Source of the DNA: Polyangiales bacterium
GTDB lineage: Bacteria; Myxococcota_A; Polyangia; Polyangiales; Houyiibacteriaceae
NCBI GenBank assembly: GCA_045106895.1
Contig: JBGCFM010000142.1
Span: 1 to 42,760, forward strand
Reading direction: 5' to 3'
Length of the DNA: 42,760 nt
The notes beneath the pieces are model-generated. The model did no database searches, was not told where the DNA came from, and was given only the letters and a program-made list of their open reading frames with translations. Both the position numbers and the translations under genes were made by a program. Below, piece after piece: positions 16,172 to 24,829 of this stretch (its first letter is position 1; every line of letters starts with the position of its first letter).

Positions 16172-18640
16172 GTGACGATGAACCGCGCCGCTGTCTTGTT
16201 GCTCTTCTTTTGCCTCTCCTGCGGAGACGACGACGTTGAGCCAGACCCTTCGGCTTTTCCGGGCCTCAGCGCGGAGATTCAAGTGCGAACGGACACGCAC
16301 GGCGTCCACCATATTCAGGCCGCGAACGCGTCGGACGCGTCCTTCGCGTCCGGCTATGTGCAAGCGCGTGACCGGCTCTTCCAGATGGACCAGATACGTC
16401 GACGCGCCCTTGGTCGACGCTCGGAACTGTTGCCGCAGAACATCGACGACGACATCCTTATCCGTACGCTCGGCATGCCACAGATGGGCGCTGCATCGGC
16501 GGAGCGGGCACGTGAGGAGTACCCCGAAGCGTACCGCCTCTTCGTGGCATGGACGGCGGGCGTCAACCGCCGCATCGATGAAGTGCTTGAAGGTTCCGCA
16601 CCTCTCCCCACGGGCTTCGGTGAGGCGGACCTCAGCTACCAGCCCGAGCGATGGGCCGTCGAAGACTCCTTTGCCATCGGCAAGCTCATCCTCTTTGGCA
16701 ACGCCAACCAGCTCGAGGTCGACATTCTCGGCACCCTCGTCGAGCGCTTTGCTCCGGCGCTCATCGAATCACTCTCGCTCTTTGGGCCCTTCTCCGACGC
16801 CTATATCCTCCCTCCCGAAGAGCGCCCCGAAGGCGCCCCCGGCGCGCGTCCGCGGGCGATTCGTTTTCCGCAAGAGTGGCCGGCGGAAGCCGGGGACCCG
16901 CTGGAGGCGATTCGCGCCTTTCGGCAGCGCCTGGCGGACTTTCGACCTGGCGCGAGCAACAACTGGGCCCTCGCAGGCCGCCACACGGACAACGGCCGAC
17001 CGCTCATCGCGGGGGACCCCCACCAAGGCATTTCGTCGCCGGCGGTCTTCCACATGCAGCATCTGCGCACCGACGACGGTGAGCTCGACGTGATCGGTTT
17101 CGGCTTCGTCGGCACACCCGCCATTCAGCTTGGTCACAACCGGCACATCTCCTGGACGGCGACGACTTCGTACCCGGATTGGATGGACATCGTCGACGTG
17201 ACCTACGACGGAACCAGCGTCGCCTACGGCGGCGAGACGATTGCTGTAGAGAGCCGCACGGAGCTCATCGAAGTGGCGGGAGAAGCGACTCGGGAGGTCG
17301 AAGTCATCGAGGTGCCCGGCGTCGGAGTGCTGCTTCCCGGCGGGCTCAGCCCGCTTCCCCTCGTGGAAGAAGGCCACCGTGTGCTTCTGCGTTGGACGGG
17401 GTTTGGGCCCACTTCCGAAGCCGACGCGTTCTTGTCGATGAACACCGCGAGCACTCTCGAGGAGTTCGACGCCGCCGTCGACGGGCTGGAGCTTGGCGCC
17501 TTCAACTTTATCTACGCAGACGCCGAAGGCATCGCCTATCGCTCGAGTCCTCTCGTTCCAGATCGCGGCGCGCCGGGCAGCTTCTCGCCGCCCTGGAAGA
17601 TCGTCCCCGGCGACGACCCGGCCAACGTGTGGACTGGCGCAACGTTGCCTTTGAATGTGCTGCCTCGAAGTCGAGGTGGCGAGCGTGGATGGGTCGCTAG
17701 CGCCAACAATGACCCCTACGGCTTCGTGGGCCTGGAGCAATCCGTGCAGCCACCGTTCTACTTCGGCACCTTCTTCGCGCCTGGGGCCAGAGCGGGACGC
17801 ATCGATGCGGAGCTCACGCGCCTCGTCGCGGAAGGGTCCGTGAGCGCCGCCGACATGCGCGAGCTTCAGCAAGACGTCCACTCGCCACTGGCGGAGCCGT
17901 TCCTCTCACGACTGCAGGGAGCTCTGGACGCTCGCGCGGATGACGAAGCACTCGCGGATTTTCGCGAGCGTCCTGATATCGACGCCCTCGCCGCGCGGCT
18001 CTTGGCGTGGGACCGGGACATGGACGCGGACTCTGCGGAGGCGCTTGAGTTTCACGTTTTTGCCGCCAGCGCGTCGCGGCGAATCGTCGCCGACGAGGCA
18101 GGGTTCCTCTACGACGCCCTCTATGAAGCGGCGCCGATCTTTGCGCTGAAGCTCGCCGTCGATGCTCTTGAGCGCGGTGGAGATTTGGTCGAAGGAGGCG
18201 AGGCGCTGGTCTTGCTCTCCGCCCTCGACGACGCGCTGCAGTACGTCGCTGCGACCTTCCCCGAAGGGGAGTACACCTGGGGAGACATTCACAAGCTCCG
18301 CTTCGCCGCCGCGACGGCGGGCCTAGAGCGTCCGCTTCTCGCCCAAGATGGCGGAGACGGCACCGTGAACGTCGCGGACTCGCCCTTCTCCGAAGACACC
18401 TCTCCGGAGGACCCGATTCTCACCACGACGGCGGCGGTGTATCGCATGGTCTCGACCTTTGACGCCGATGGGCGACCTCGGGCGGAGTTTCAGTTTCTGC
18501 CCGGCAACGGAGGGGACCCGGCGGCGGAGCATTGGGGCGACCTCGAAGCGGACTGGCTGAACGGCACCTACCGGGCTCTACCTTTCGACGACGAAGAGAT
18601 CGATGCGGTCCTCGAATCCACCTGGACGATCCCGCGTTGA
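16172..18640 (+). CDS. Penicillin acylase / AHL acylase family Ntn hydrolase, lipoprotein
   Basis: DTHGVHHI, GYVQARDRLFQMD, GA/SNNW autoproteolysis site, AGDPH, IQLGHN, SANN; lipobox FCLSC. Start may be ATG 16178. Confidence 0.93.
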   Translation: MTMNRAAVLLLFFCLSCGDDDVEPDPSAFPGLSAEIQVRTDTHGVHHIQAANASDASFASGYVQARDRLFQMDQIRRRALGRRSELLPQNIDDDILIRTLGMPQMGAASAERAREEYPEAYRLFVAWTAGVNRRIDEVLEGSAPLPTGFGEADLSYQPERWAVEDSFAIGKLILFGNANQLEVDILGTLVERFAPALIESLSLFGPFSDAYILPPEERPEGAPGARPRAIRFPQEWPAEAGDPLEAIRAFRQRLADFRPGASNNWALAGRHTDNGRPLIAGDPHQGISSPAVFHMQHLRTDDGELDVIGFGFVGTPAIQLGHNRHISWTATTSYPDWMDIVDVTYDGTSVAYGGETIAVESRTELIEVAGEATREVEVIEVPGVGVLLPGGLSPLPLVEEGHRVLLRWTGFGPTSEADAFLSMNTASTLEEFDAAVDGLELGAFNFIYADAEGIAYRSSPLVPDRGAPGSFSPPWKIVPGDDPANVWTGATLPLNVLPRSRGGERGWVASANNDPYGFVGLEQSVQPPFYFGTFFAPGARAGRIDAELTRLVAEGSVSAADMRELQQDVHSPLAEPFLSRLQGALDARADDEALADFRERPDIDALAARLLAWDRDMDADSAEALEFHVFAASASRRIVADEAGFLYDALYEAAPIFALKLAVDALERGGDLVEGGEALVLLSALDDALQYVAATFPEGEYTWGDIHKLRFAAATAGLERPLLAQDGGDGTVNVADSPFSEDTSPEDPILTTTAAVYRMVSTFDADGRPRAEFQFLPGNGGDPAAEHWGDLEADWLNGTYRALPFDDEEIDAVLESTWTIPR

Positions 18641-18661
18641 TGTTCCGCGAGCCCCGCAACG

Positions 18662-19296
18662 CTATTCTTCAGGCATCGGACAAGATTCGTCGGTTTCGAC
18701 GATCTCAAAACCCAAGCAACCGTGCTCATCCGTAACTTCGACGAACGACGACGGGTGGGCGCCGCACACGCCGTCTTCGGCGAGGTTGTCAGGTCGCGAA
18801 ACGAAGTAGTCGAGGGGCGTGCAGTCGCAGGTGTAGCCCTCGAGTGGAAAACAGTAGCCGGCGCCGTCCGGGCTTCGAGTGACTCCTTCGGGTAACGTCG
18901 GCCCTGCGTCTGGGTCTGGCATGGGCACGCATTGACCGTCCTCGCAGAAGTCCAGGGCACTGCACGAGCTGCGGGGCGCACGGGCCTCCACTAGAATCTC
19001 CAGGTCTCGCTCTTCGTTCGCCTCAACAGGCAGGCAACCGAAACCCACCACTTCACATTGGTCGTTGAGCAAGCGAGCGGCGAGACCGGCGTCCTCTTCG
19101 AGGAAAGGAAGAGGTGTTGCTCCGTCCGTCGTCAGAGCTAGGCGCTCCTCAAGTGCCGAATCGAAGTCCCGGCCTTCAAGACCCGCGCACTCCGAAACGA
19201 CGCCTCCTTCGACTCGGAGACCCTCCGTGTCGAATGTTTGCTGCACGATCCGAGGCTCACGACAGCAAGCAATACGAGCCGGTTCGAACGGTGCAT
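18662..19296 (-). pseudogene. Cys-rich lipoprotein with apparent 1-nt frameshift near 19238 (pseudogene or sequencing error)
   Basis: Signal peptide MHRSNRLVLLAVVSLGSC (ATG 19296) lies in one frame and the body TFDTEGLRVEGG... in another; the span is 635 nt, one short of a multiple of 3. Confidence 0.65.
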
Positions 19297-19454
19297 GCGT
19301 CGAAAGGTAGCGCGCTCTGCAGGCGCCGGAGGCCCATCCGACGAAATATCGTTCACCGGGTGGTGCACGTGTACGACAGACTTGCTCGTTCACTGGAACG
19401 ACGGCAGCGCCGGTGACTCCACGCCATTCGCCACCTGCCATGATATACCCGGCT

Positions 19455-20459
19455 ATGCCTGGCTTCTTCTCTGACGTTGGCAAAGCCTTGGGCGATTTTT
19501 TTGCTGCGCCAGCGCAACGACGAGCTGAACGGGAGCAGGTCTGGCAAACGTACGCTACGGAGATTCGCGGAAGCTACCGGCCTGCGCCACGGGAGTTCCT
19601 TCGCTCGCGTTCGAGCATCATCGATGTCGTCGTCGGAGACATCGCTGTGCACATCGATGTCCACGCAGTCACGACCGGCAAAACGACGACCTACTACACC
19701 CGGTTTCGCGCCTGCTTTCTGCTACCACAGAGTCCGTCATTCAAGGTGTACCGCACACACTTCTTCAGCTCGATGGGGGACGCCCTAGGTTTCCAGGACG
19801 TCGAACTCGGGGGCGACCCGGCTTTCGACCGCGATTTTGTGGTCAAGACGAGCCATCCGGAGGCCACCCGGCGCGCCTTTACGCCCGCCGTCAAGGATGC
19901 GCTCAGCGCAGGCAAGTCGGGAACAGTTCGCTCGAATGGGCATACGGTCACTTTCACCCTCACGGGTATCGCCAGCACGCGTGGAGCATTGGCCCGGGGA
20001 ACCGCCATCGTGTCGGGGCTCGCCAACTACGGAGCCGACTGGCTTGGATGGCTGCGAAGCGTTCCGAACGCGCAGTGGGTGTCACCTACCGGCGGGTGGG
20101 ATGACCGGTCCACCCCCTCGGTGCGTGTCATGGTTGGCTCCACGCCGGTGTGGCTTTACCCGACGCTTCACGACGCGAGCATCGCGATCATGGGCGCCGC
20201 GGAAGCGCAGCGGCGCCTCGCTAGCTTCGAACTCGATATTGACGGCGACGGCGCGCTTCAGAGCGAGCCACCGGACGACCTACTGCAGCCTGTGACTCTG
20301 GAGGCGCTGCGCGCCGCGGGTGCTTCCACCCTCAGTTGCGATGGGCGCTACCTGCGGCTTGTTCTACACGGCGACATCGACGAACGACGACTTGCCGCGG
20401 TTCCGCGGCTGCTTGCTGGGATTTGCGCCGAGGACACGAGCCTGGGGGCGTTCCGCTGA
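19455..20459 (+). CDS. Hypothetical protein, DUF3137-like domain
   Basis: GKTTTYYTR, GFQDVELGGDPAFDRDFVVK motif; long ORF with a sensible start. Confidence 0.65.
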   Translation: MPGFFSDVGKALGDFFAAPAQRRAEREQVWQTYATEIRGSYRPAPREFLRSRSSIIDVVVGDIAVHIDVHAVTTGKTTTYYTRFRACFLLPQSPSFKVYRTHFFSSMGDALGFQDVELGGDPAFDRDFVVKTSHPEATRRAFTPAVKDALSAGKSGTVRSNGHTVTFTLTGIASTRGALARGTAIVSGLANYGADWLGWLRSVPNAQWVSPTGGWDDRSTPSVRVMVGSTPVWLYPTLHDASIAIMGAAEAQRRLASFELDIDGDGALQSEPPDDLLQPVTLEALRAAGASTLSCDGRYLRLVLHGDIDERRLAAVPRLLAGICAEDTSLGAFR

Positions 20460-20511
20460 CGCTTCCGGGCATACGAGGACCGCAGCCTTCGTAGGCACTG
20501 TCGCTCTAGTA

Positions 20512-20970
20512 CTAGTTCTGTCGAGCGAGGTCTGCCAAGTCCACGCTTGTACCGACGCGCTCGCAGGCCGCACGAAATTCGTCTTCATCAAGGAGGCTCA
20601 TGCGGTAGCAGCGCCGCGCGAAGTGGTATGCGGCGTCCTTTAGGCGGCGCGTCGCCTTGTCGCGCTCGCTCGACGAAACCCGCCTCGGCGCCGGAGGCGT
20701 CCTCATCTTGTCCTCAAGGTCGCACGCGCCGCCGCATAGCTCGCAGAAAGAACCGACCTTCGTTCCGTGGGCCGAGATCCAAGCCTTCTGTGCGCCGGCC
20801 ATACGCTTGAAGCGCGCTCCGTAGTCCTCGACGGCGCGCAGCGCGTGGCTCGCCTCGTCGAGCCAGAAATCAACGTTGGCGTGCTGGCCGACCACGTGAT
20901 GGGCGTAGCCACTTGCGAACTTCTCAAGCTGGGCTGCGACGTTGTCCGCTTGTTCGATCATGTACGTCAT
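20512..20970 (-). CDS. Hypothetical helical protein with a CxxCxxxC insert
   Basis: ATG 20970 preceded by GGGAGG; MTYMIEQADNVAAQLEKF...ANVDFWLDE...FCELCGGAC. Confidence 0.72.
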   Translation of the reverse strand: MTYMIEQADNVAAQLEKFASGYAHHVVGQHANVDFWLDEASHALRAVEDYGARFKRMAGAQKAWISAHGTKVGSFCELCGGACDLEDKMRTPPAPRRVSSSERDKATRRLKDAAYHFARRCYRMSLLDEDEFRAACERVGTSVDLADLARQN

Positions 20971-21175
20971 TGGGTCTGTCCTCCCTGCAACCAAGAGTAC
21001 GGAGGGGGCTAGCGAGAGTCCAAAACTTGCTCGTGAACAACGCGATACCCAGTGCCGTTTTTGCCACGCATCGCAGCGTGAGGAGCAATCAATACGGCTT
21101 GTTCGCGCTGGCGCAGGAATTGCTCTGTGTGCCAGCGGGAGCGCACAGCGAAATGAGAACACCAGAGCAGAGACT

Positions 21176-21802
21176 ATGAGAGCGAACTTGCACGCGGCTC
21201 TCCTCTTGGCCCCTCTCGCGCTCGGCGGCTGCGGTGTTCACCATGTCGTGCCTTACGCGCGCGTCGCGTTTGAAACGACGGCGGAACCAGGAACGGTGCT
21301 CGCGCTTCCTTCTTCGTCGTGTTCGAGCAGTCTGGCAGGCGCGCCTGAGGGCCAGGCCTCGTGTGGCAGAAACCGCTACATTGGCGTCGATGAGCTCGTT
21401 CGCGCGACACTCGAGTTCGCCGGGCATCAGGTCGTGGATTCCGAGCGCATCGAACCCACGGTGACGCTGCCTGGCGACGTCTGGAAGTACGAGGACGAAG
21501 AAGAAGGTTCTCGCGTCTTCGTCATGGATGACCTCACACCGACGCACCGCCGCGCGCTTGTGGCGCTTGGTGTCGAAGGGGTGCTCTCAACGGCGGTCGT
21601 GAGCGGGCCGCAGTGGGTCGAGGTTCAGATCCAGATGACGCGCATGGACAGCGGCGCGCGCGTTTGGCGGAGTCACTGCCGCGCCATGGTGAACGAGGGC
21701 GCGCGCGTTGTTCAGACTACAGCTCGTGCGCTCCAAGCGGCGACATCTTGCGCCATCGAGGCTCCGGGCGCCCTCCGCCGCGCATCGCGAGGGCAGCGAT
21801 GA
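21176..21802 (+). CDS. Hypothetical lipoprotein
   Basis: MRANLHAALLLAPLALGGC lipobox; first gene of a 3-gene overlapping operon. Confidence 0.75.
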   Translation: MRANLHAALLLAPLALGGCGVHHVVPYARVAFETTAEPGTVLALPSSSCSSSLAGAPEGQASCGRNRYIGVDELVRATLEFAGHQVVDSERIEPTVTLPGDVWKYEDEEEGSRVFVMDDLTPTHRRALVALGVEGVLSTAVVSGPQWVEVQIQMTRMDSGARVWRSHCRAMVNEGARVVQTTARALQAATSCAIEAPGALRRASRGQR

Positions 21803-22434
21803 AGAGCGCCCTCGTTTTGCTCGCCTTGACGGGGTGTTCGTCCGTCGGCCTCCAGGGACAACTGGTTCGCATCGAGCCGGGTCCCGGCTTCGGTCGTGAG
21901 GTGAGCTCCATCGCATCGCTCTCGGCGACATGCGGCGTGATGGGCTCCGCGACGCACCCCGCGCTACCCGCGGAGTGTAGCGATGCGATGATGGCGAGGG
22001 TGGACCGGGCGACGTTGGGTTTTCTTGAGGCGCGTGACGTGCGTACCGTTCGCTCGCGTTCCCTTAACGCTGCCACGTTTGAGAAGCTCAAGGCTCAGCG
22101 ACGAGAGAGCGATCAAGGCGCGCCCGACGAGTGGGGTGGCGCCCGCGTTCTCTTCCGGAGCGCCAGTCCGGTGCTTCAAAGCCAAGTCCTCGAAGAGATG
22201 AACGTGGATGGCATACTTCGAACCCGCCTTCTCGTCGGCGCGGGGGTCGGCATGAGTCAGCGTCGAAGCCTCACGGCGGTGATCACACTCTTCGACCGGG
22301 AAGGCACCCTTGTCTGGGCGAGCCGATGCGAGCGCGAAGTCGGCCTCTCGCTCTCCGAAGGTGGCGGTGCCTTCACGGCCGCTGACCTGCTCGAGACGGC
22401 AATGTGCGCCCTCGAAGAGGCAGCGTCGCTGTGA
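21799..22434 (+). CDS. Hypothetical lipoprotein, paralogous to the upstream gene
   Basis: MKSALVLLALTGC lipobox; ATGA overlap. Confidence 0.75.
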   Translation: MKSALVLLALTGCSSVGLQGQLVRIEPGPGFGREVSSIASLSATCGVMGSATHPALPAECSDAMMARVDRATLGFLEARDVRTVRSRSLNAATFEKLKAQRRESDQGAPDEWGGARVLFRSASPVLQSQVLEEMNVDGILRTRLLVGAGVGMSQRRSLTAVITLFDREGTLVWASRCEREVGLSLSEGGGAFTAADLLETAMCALEEAASL

Positions 22435-23093
22435 GGTGTTGTGGGACTCGCTTTCTCGCCTTCGCCGCCTGCGCGCTCTCGCAGGCCTGCACGATTGGCG
22501 CGGGGAGCACCTACGTCGGTCAATGGACGCGACACGAACGGATCTCGTTTCATGCCTGCGCCGAAGCCGAAGACGGCGGCTGCAGCAAAGAAACGGACGT
22601 GACAACGACGGTTCCTGCGCGCCGCTTTGGTGGCGCCTCGATTACCTGGGGTGCGGTCGGCATGGCGAGCACCTGGTCCGGCGAAGAGGTCACCCACGCG
22701 TTTCGCTTGGTGCTCTCAGCGGAGGCTCTCGTCGGCCGCGGTCGCTTCGCTTTGGGTCTCCGCACGGACTTTGTCTTGGACCTTGGTAGTGCGATTCTCG
22801 TCCCTGTTCACGCCGTAGGACACATTGGAATTTCGGAACGCTTCAGCGCCTATGGCGCTTTTGGGTGGAGCCCGCAGTCGTGGATCTCGAGCGACAAAGG
22901 AGACGATGAGCTCGTGTTTGACTCCACGACGAGCTCCGTGATCCGCGGTCTCCTCGGACTTCAGGTCGTCCTCACTCGCGCGACGGAAGAGAGTCGCCTC
23001 TACCTCGACTTCGAGGTGGACTGGATGCACGCGCTGCGCGAGGTGGACTATGACGCTTTTGGCGTGACGATGAGCTTGGGTCTGGCGATCTAG
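22431..23093 (+). CDS. Hypothetical exported beta-strand-rich protein (probable small beta-barrel, possible lipoprotein)
   Basis: GTGA overlap; FLAFAACALSQAC; amphipathic strands ending FGVTMSLGLAI. Confidence 0.68.
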   Translation: MRCCGTRFLAFAACALSQACTIGAGSTYVGQWTRHERISFHACAEAEDGGCSKETDVTTTVPARRFGGASITWGAVGMASTWSGEEVTHAFRLVLSAEALVGRGRFALGLRTDFVLDLGSAILVPVHAVGHIGISERFSAYGAFGWSPQSWISSDKGDDELVFDSTTSSVIRGLLGLQVVLTRATEESRLYLDFEVDWMHALREVDYDAFGVTMSLGLAI

Positions 23094-23133
23094 CCTCGTT
23101 TGCGTCCTTGAGAGCGGACGCTAAGAAGCCTTC

Positions 23134-23854
23134 ATGTTGTCTGCATCGATGGTTCTGGCTTCTCGGACGTCGACTGGCAGCACCTCAACCCCGCACGCGG
23201 CGACGCGAGTCCACGCGCCGGTACGCTGTGGGGAGACCGCGCCGGCACCGTCGCAACGGGATTTCTGGCCCGCTTCACCGAAGGCTTCTCCTCGCCTCCG
23301 CATATCCACAACGTGACGTACCGCGCCGTCGTCATTCGCGGACTCGTTCACAACGACGGCCCCAACGCCGAAGAGATGTGGATGGGGCCAGGCTCGTTCT
23401 GGACGCAGCCGAGCGGCGCCGTGCATATCACCTCGGCGAACGCGGCAGACAACATCGCCTACGTCGAGATCGACAGCGGCCCATATCTCGTGTGGCCGCC
23501 TGCCCAGGCCACGGCCACCGACGAAGCGCCCATCAATGTCGACGCGTCCAACCTGGTGTGGGTGGCGCCAAGCGCCTCATCCGAGTCCATCCGCGTCGCG
23601 TACCTTTGGGGCGATCCTAGCGGCGACGAACCTAGCGCGCGTTTCGTGAAGCTTCTCCCAGGGACTTCCGGTGTGTTGGACACGCAGAGCGCTGTTTTCC
23701 GCGTCGTCGTGGTCCTCGGGCAGGTGGAGCACCCGAGCGATGAGACGCCCCTCGACGCCGGCAGCTACTTCGACGCCGATGACGCCGTGCCGCTTTCGTG
23801 TGCGGGAGACGAGGCGTACTCTACGTGAGGGGCGTGGGCGTCGAGGTTCGCTAG
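23134..23854 (+). pseudogene. DUF4437 (cupin-like) protein with two apparent frameshifts
   Basis: [26 protein letters not shown]...[22 protein letters not shown]...GSFWTQP is DUF4437-like. The start (MVLA) and the end (VLYVRG...TAG 23854) are in other frames, with shifts near 23160 and 23815. Confidence 0.75.
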
Positions 23855-24036
23855 TTCTCGGCAGGATTTCCGCTCGAGAGCGGTACATCAGTGTTCCCCT
23901 GTGCGACGCTGTCGAACACCGGGGTTAGGACGCTCAGCGCCGGCGCTCTCGACCTCCCAAGGGATCTGCCGAAACGATCAAGATCACTTTGGGTGAGGCA
24001 CTAGTGCGTTCCCTGACCTCATGGCATTGTTGCAGT

Positions 24037-24621
24037 ATGAAACGCTTTGCCTACTTCGGTTTATTCTTGAGCATCGCTTGCAGCACAAGCACCACGCCAC
24101 TCGACGGCGTCGATGGCGATGTGATCAGCCCAGACGCACCGGGCGCGGATGGCGGACCCGGCTCCGACGCGGGTCCGGGATTCGATGCTGCACCTGAGCC
24201 GGACGTCGCCGTTCCACCAGCCTTCGACGCTGGGGCCCCAGGAGTCGATGCTGGACCGCCAGGGTTCGACGCTGGATTCGACGCTGGACCCATGGGAAGC
24301 GATGCTGGACCCATGGGCAGCGATGCTGGACCCGTCATGTGCATGCCCGTCGGAAGCTACAGCGTGACGCCTTTGGCGATGAACCCAGCTCTCTGCGACA
24401 TGGTTCCCCTCGCCAGCTGCAGCGTTAGCGCAACAGCGGACCCTGATGTCTACGTGGTCGATTGCGAAGGAATCTCTGGAGACTGCGAGATCACGCCCGC
24501 TTGTACGTGTTCAGGAATGACGATGTTCTCGGGTATTCCCATCGAGGTGTCCGTCGACTTCGCCATGAGTACTGCGACGTTCTCGGCCCTGGGTACGTTG
24601 TGCAGCTACGCATTGCTCTGA
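24037..24621 (+). CDS. Lipoprotein with long DAG-repeat linker and small Cys-rich domain
   Basis: MKRFAYFGLFLSIAC; many DAG/DAA units. Confidence 0.75.
   Translation: MKRFAYFGLFLSIACSTSTTPLDGVDGDVISPDAPGADGGPGSDAGPGFDAAPEPDVAVPPAFDAGAPGVDAGPPGFDAGFDAGPMGSDAGPMGSDAGPVMCMPVGSYSVTPLAMNPALCDMVPLASCSVSATADPDVYVVDCEGISGDCEITPACTCSGMTMFSGIPIEVSVDFAMSTATFSALGTLCSYALL
24280..24333 (+). repeat. 21-bp tandem repeat (about 2.5 copies) encoding DAGPMGS
   Basis: gacgctggacccatgggaagc gatgctggacccatgggcagc gatgctggaccc. Confidence 0.85.
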
Positions 24622-24829
24622 GCCGCCCGGCGAACTCCACAGAACGAGAAAAGACCAGCGTTCCAATGGCGCTGGTGATCGGCCTGCGTACATCGGACGC
24701 AAATGTGGCCGCAGTGATGAGATACGCTCTAGAAAAATGGGGCCTGGGGAGTTTTCTCGCTCCCGTGTCATAATTCTGAGGGGGACGGAGCACTCATGGG
24801 TGAAACCCGTCCTTTCACAGCAAGACCTC

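Noticed and set aside
24680..24812. Possible c-di-GMP-I riboswitch (GGACGCAAA and a GAAA-loop hairpin)
   Set aside because: The elements are in the wrong order and spacing and I could not build the P1-P3 fold; an Infernal scan would settle it.
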